From Carpediemonas membranifera BICM (Eukaryota; Protista; Fornicata): 64,000 bases of DNA. Where the stretch lies: positions 868,001-932,000 of the forward strand of contig JAHDYR010000012.1 of the NCBI GenBank assembly GCA_019828565.1, given 5' to 3'. Position numbers and translations under genes: made by a program. This document shows, piece by piece, positions 60,987 to 64,000 of the stretch (positions are counted from its first letter, which is position 1; every line of letters begins with the position of its first letter). The notes beneath the pieces were generated by a model. It was not told where the DNA came from. It saw only the letters and a program-made list of their open reading frames with translations, and ran no database searches.

Positions 60987-63900
60987 ATCCTCAAACGGCT
61001 GCTTTGAAATCCTTCAAAGCAGCATTTACATGCATTGACGTAATTATCGTACTTTATGGGAACTACTGCAACCTAGCTGACTAACCCGCAGACCATAGCA
61101 GCCATGATCATGACCGGAGCCTGGGCGCAGGAGGTCGATTCGATGACGCTCATGAAGCCTTGAGGAGAATCGTGAAGATACTCCTCAATATCCCACAAAC
61201 AGTGCAGCAACGAAGGCTTTTACTAAGTATTGATGTTGTTATTCATGAAGGACACACGTAGCGCAGAGCAGCACCTTCATTCGGCACCGAAAAGAAAAAA
61301 CGTCGAGAACTCGCCAACGAAGCGTCGTTGAGGGCTGAAAACCCCATTTTTGACAACTATACGCTGGCTAGCGCTTTGCATACCGCGTATAGTGAAACTT
61401 TCGAAACCGCGGTTCATTGTGCCATAAAATGCACAGCCGAACCAAACCGCCACAATCACGGCCGTATTCCGGCCGTGGAGGGGCAGGGACATGTAAGATA
61501 CCCTATACCTAACTTAGCGCGCGCGTTTATACAGTGGTACCACAAGATTTTTTATAGATACAGATTCGAATAATAGTATCAACCATATCTTTACATAATA
61601 CTGGCTAAGATCGTAGATCAAGGCCTGAAGGGCAGACATAGCCTACTCTACCGCCAATAGAGTAGACTGTTTCGATCGTACTTGGTGGCTCTCGTACGTT
61701 CGAAGCGGTTGTCACTTCACTAATCCTCATCGGCTATTGCCGACCATATATATGCGTTGCTTGAGGTCGTGCCTTACGGGCACTGGAGGGGCAGTGCAGT
61801 GGGTCTTACCCAATGTTACATAGGATTACCATTTCATAGATTTATATAGTATTGACCATATTCACCACATCATGGGTTTTCTAATATTAAACAATCTTTC
61901 CCTAGCCATAAGGCTACACCTCTGCTGCCAGCTCGTCGTACCGCTCGACAGTGATGCGCTTGAGTTCGTACCACTGGTAGAACTGGACGATCGTGAGTTT
62001 GTCCAGACTCTCTGGGCGCAGGAAGTACATCTCGATCGGGCCGAGCCGGGCTGCCCAGAAGCCATGGAAAGGAGAGTACAGTCGCTGTTGCGGCAGCTGG
62101 TCGATTGGGACGTGCTTGTAGCCCATGCTGGATGAGTAAGTGCGGTATCCAAGCAGTCTCCATGCCATGGTGTAGACGGAGATGACACGCATGGTTGCGA
62201 ACGTGCTGTAGGCCTTGTCAGCCTTGTTGTCGGTGACGTCGATCTCGGTCTCGGCGTCAGTTTTCAGCATGTACTTGACGATGTAGTCGATGCCCTCTGC
62301 GTTGAAGATGGGTCGGACGTGCATCTGGCCGTGGGTGAACTTCAGAAGATGCGGGCAGTACTCCACGACGTTGCGGTCAGCCTCCTCGCGGCAGTAGAGC
62401 CACTGGCGGTCTTTGGATGAGTAGCGGGCAGTATCGTTGACCGGCTTTGGGTAGCCCTCTGTGCATGTGCCGTCTGCGGCCTCGCATGATGAGTTGTGGG
62501 TGTGCAGTTGATACCGGGCAGCGTCTTCGGTGAGCTGGACGCCGATAAATGTGTTGATCAGCTCGGCGAACGCTGGGGAGAACTCTCTGCGGTCAAGCTC
62601 ATCGCCAATGTCGGGCACGCCTTCAGTCTCGCACCAGAGAGCCACGTGGTAGTGGGGGAGGCCGAGCTGCTCTTGCTCCTCCATGCGCTTGAATATGTGT
62701 CGAGCAGAGGGGATGGCGGCCATGAGCAGAAGCGTGATGTGCTCGAAGTATGCGTGAGCAATGCGCGTTTCGTCCACGGGTTTGTCTCCAAAGCTGTAGT
62801 GGCCGGTGTCGACGTTCAGCTCACGATACAGGCGGCGGATCTCGCTGGTGATGTACGCCGGGTCGACAGTGAATGTGAAGAAGAGGTGTGGAGCTCCTAT
62901 CGTCATGACAATAGCGTGGAGGTGACGCTTGACGTTGTTCCAGTACGATGGGGTTCCGACCTGACCGGGTGCAGTGACGAGCTGCATGTCATACTGTTAA
63001 AAACGGGGTTTCGATGCCTGAGGAAATCATGAGGAAGTCCGTTTTCACGAAAAAAAATGGTGAAAACATTAGATTCAGTGAAATCTTTTCACCATTTTCA
63101 CAAGGCGCAAGAAAACGAAAGAGATGGCACTGAACACCCCTGGATGTACAGGACATCACTATACATGCTTTCCATGCATCTGTGAGCTTCTGCATTTTTC
63201 ACACATTTTCACGAAATGCTTCTCTGCACTGAGACCACTGTTCGCCAAGAGAATCACTGATGTTGTCGATAAATGCTATCCATAAGGTATTCCTGTCTTT
63301 ATTTCCGCTGCTGCTTCCCTCGTAGCGACGCGCAGGTGGCAAATAATGCACTTTAAGACTGAAAATTTGCCAGCTACCTGCGCATGGTGTTTGAGCTTGA
63401 TTGAAAGGCACGGAACAATACAGGGCTACTCTGCAGGTAACAGTAAGCAAAGCTTGAGCGACTTTGGGCCTCGAATGTGGTTGTATCTCATCAATGTTTA
63501 TGACCCACCCTCGCATCATCCTGATCAGAACTTCACGCTTACTCACATGCTCAAATACTATCCATATGTCCTCCCTGTCACCGATGTAGTCGTTGTCGAC
63601 CGTGTCTCAGCCTGGATACTCCTCCTGTCGACCGCACTGTCGTCTCCAACGTCTGTTAGGTCGACCCTGGTGTCCAACTCAGTTATATTAGTCATCTAAT
63701 GCAGGCTAAATTCTTTTATACATGACCACGGAGTTGTTCAATGCGACTTCAAGTCTCACAATTTTCTTTTCCGCTCTGAACAGAATGTATAGGTGACTGA
63801 ATATGGCTCAGCGATGGCTAGAATCACAACTAATTGTCCTCTCTGACTCTTTGAAAGCTATTCGAGTGTGTCAGATCATTCTAATCTTTCCAGTCGCGCC

Positions 63901-64000
63901 ATAATGTTAAACGGGAAGCCAAATCTCGCGATTGAATACGCATAGTCGACGCAGAGAAGCATTAAATAGCCAAGAACGTCTTATTGAACATGAGAGTATT

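Larger units (their letters stand above)
55610..61918 (+). mobile_element. Gypsy chromovirus E6, full length 6309 bp, with an extra antisense gene
   Basis: 124-bp LTRs 55610-55733 and 61795-61918 (1 mismatch), TSD CCTC, PPT GGAGGGGCAG. Confidence 0.96.
53383..62987 (-). pseudogene. RepHel (HUH Y2 Rep + Pif1 helicase, about 1100 aa), split by E6 at 55606-61922
   Basis: Rep motifs GTPSYW, PHLFFTFT, EEQ..GLPHYHVALW, YIVKYMLK; removing E6 and one TSD restores the frame (...DELAAE|DEPMLVNA...); 2-bp GA-repeat deletion near 53770. Confidence 0.92.
50174..62990 (-). mobile_element. Helitron-like copy A (longest), interrupted by E6
   Basis: Fixed end, OTU-like gene, helicase and HUH Rep; sharp GC drop after about 62990; distal boundary uncertain. 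Confidence 0.88.

Noticed and set aside
880-63699. The many 60-280 aa antisense or alternative-frame ORFs over TE genes and over the Helitron-like non-coding end
   Set aside because: Shadow ORFs expected from GC-rich codon usage; no motifs, and those in the non-coding end change frame between copies
62991-64000. Upstream Rep exon or host gene
   Set aside because: A TTTTAACAG acceptor-like site precedes Rep on the minus strand, but no convincing coding exon or recognisable protein is visible; left unannotated
1-64000. CRISPR array, tRNA, rRNA or telomeric repeats
   Set aside because: No regularly spaced short repeats or recognisable structural RNA sequence seen

Overview
Eukaryotic, almost entirely mobile-element DNA forming a deeply nested cluster. 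No rRNA, tRNA or CRISPR array was seen. (1) Six distinct chromodomain-bearing Ty3/Gypsy LTR retrotransposon families (E1-E6). They have very short LTRs (about 77-130 bp where measurable), 4-bp TSDs where both ends are present, and single gag-pol ORFs; one family (E5) is a tandem trimer. (2) A tandem dimer of a PAT/DIRS-like tyrosine-recombinase retroelement with split direct repeats and overlapping RT-RH-MT and YR frames. (3) Four head-to-tail, variably truncated copies of a Helitron-like rolling-circle element (HUH Rep + Pif1 helicase, plus an OTU-like protease); three start at the same structured terminus. (4) A compact gene cluster (PHD-finger, caspase/CHAT-like, SET methyltransferase, unknown ORFs) duplicated as a 2.75-kb fold-back inverted repeat. 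Strongest unexplained signal: all five Gypsy families with a visible 5' LTR lack a tRNA primer-binding site and instead carry a different 12-14 bp palindrome exactly at the LTR boundary, suggesting tRNA-independent palindrome priming. E6 also carries a probable spliced antisense accessory gene ending in a chromodomain-like module. Most single-base frameshifts fall in homopolymers and differ between copies, so they are probably sequencing errors.
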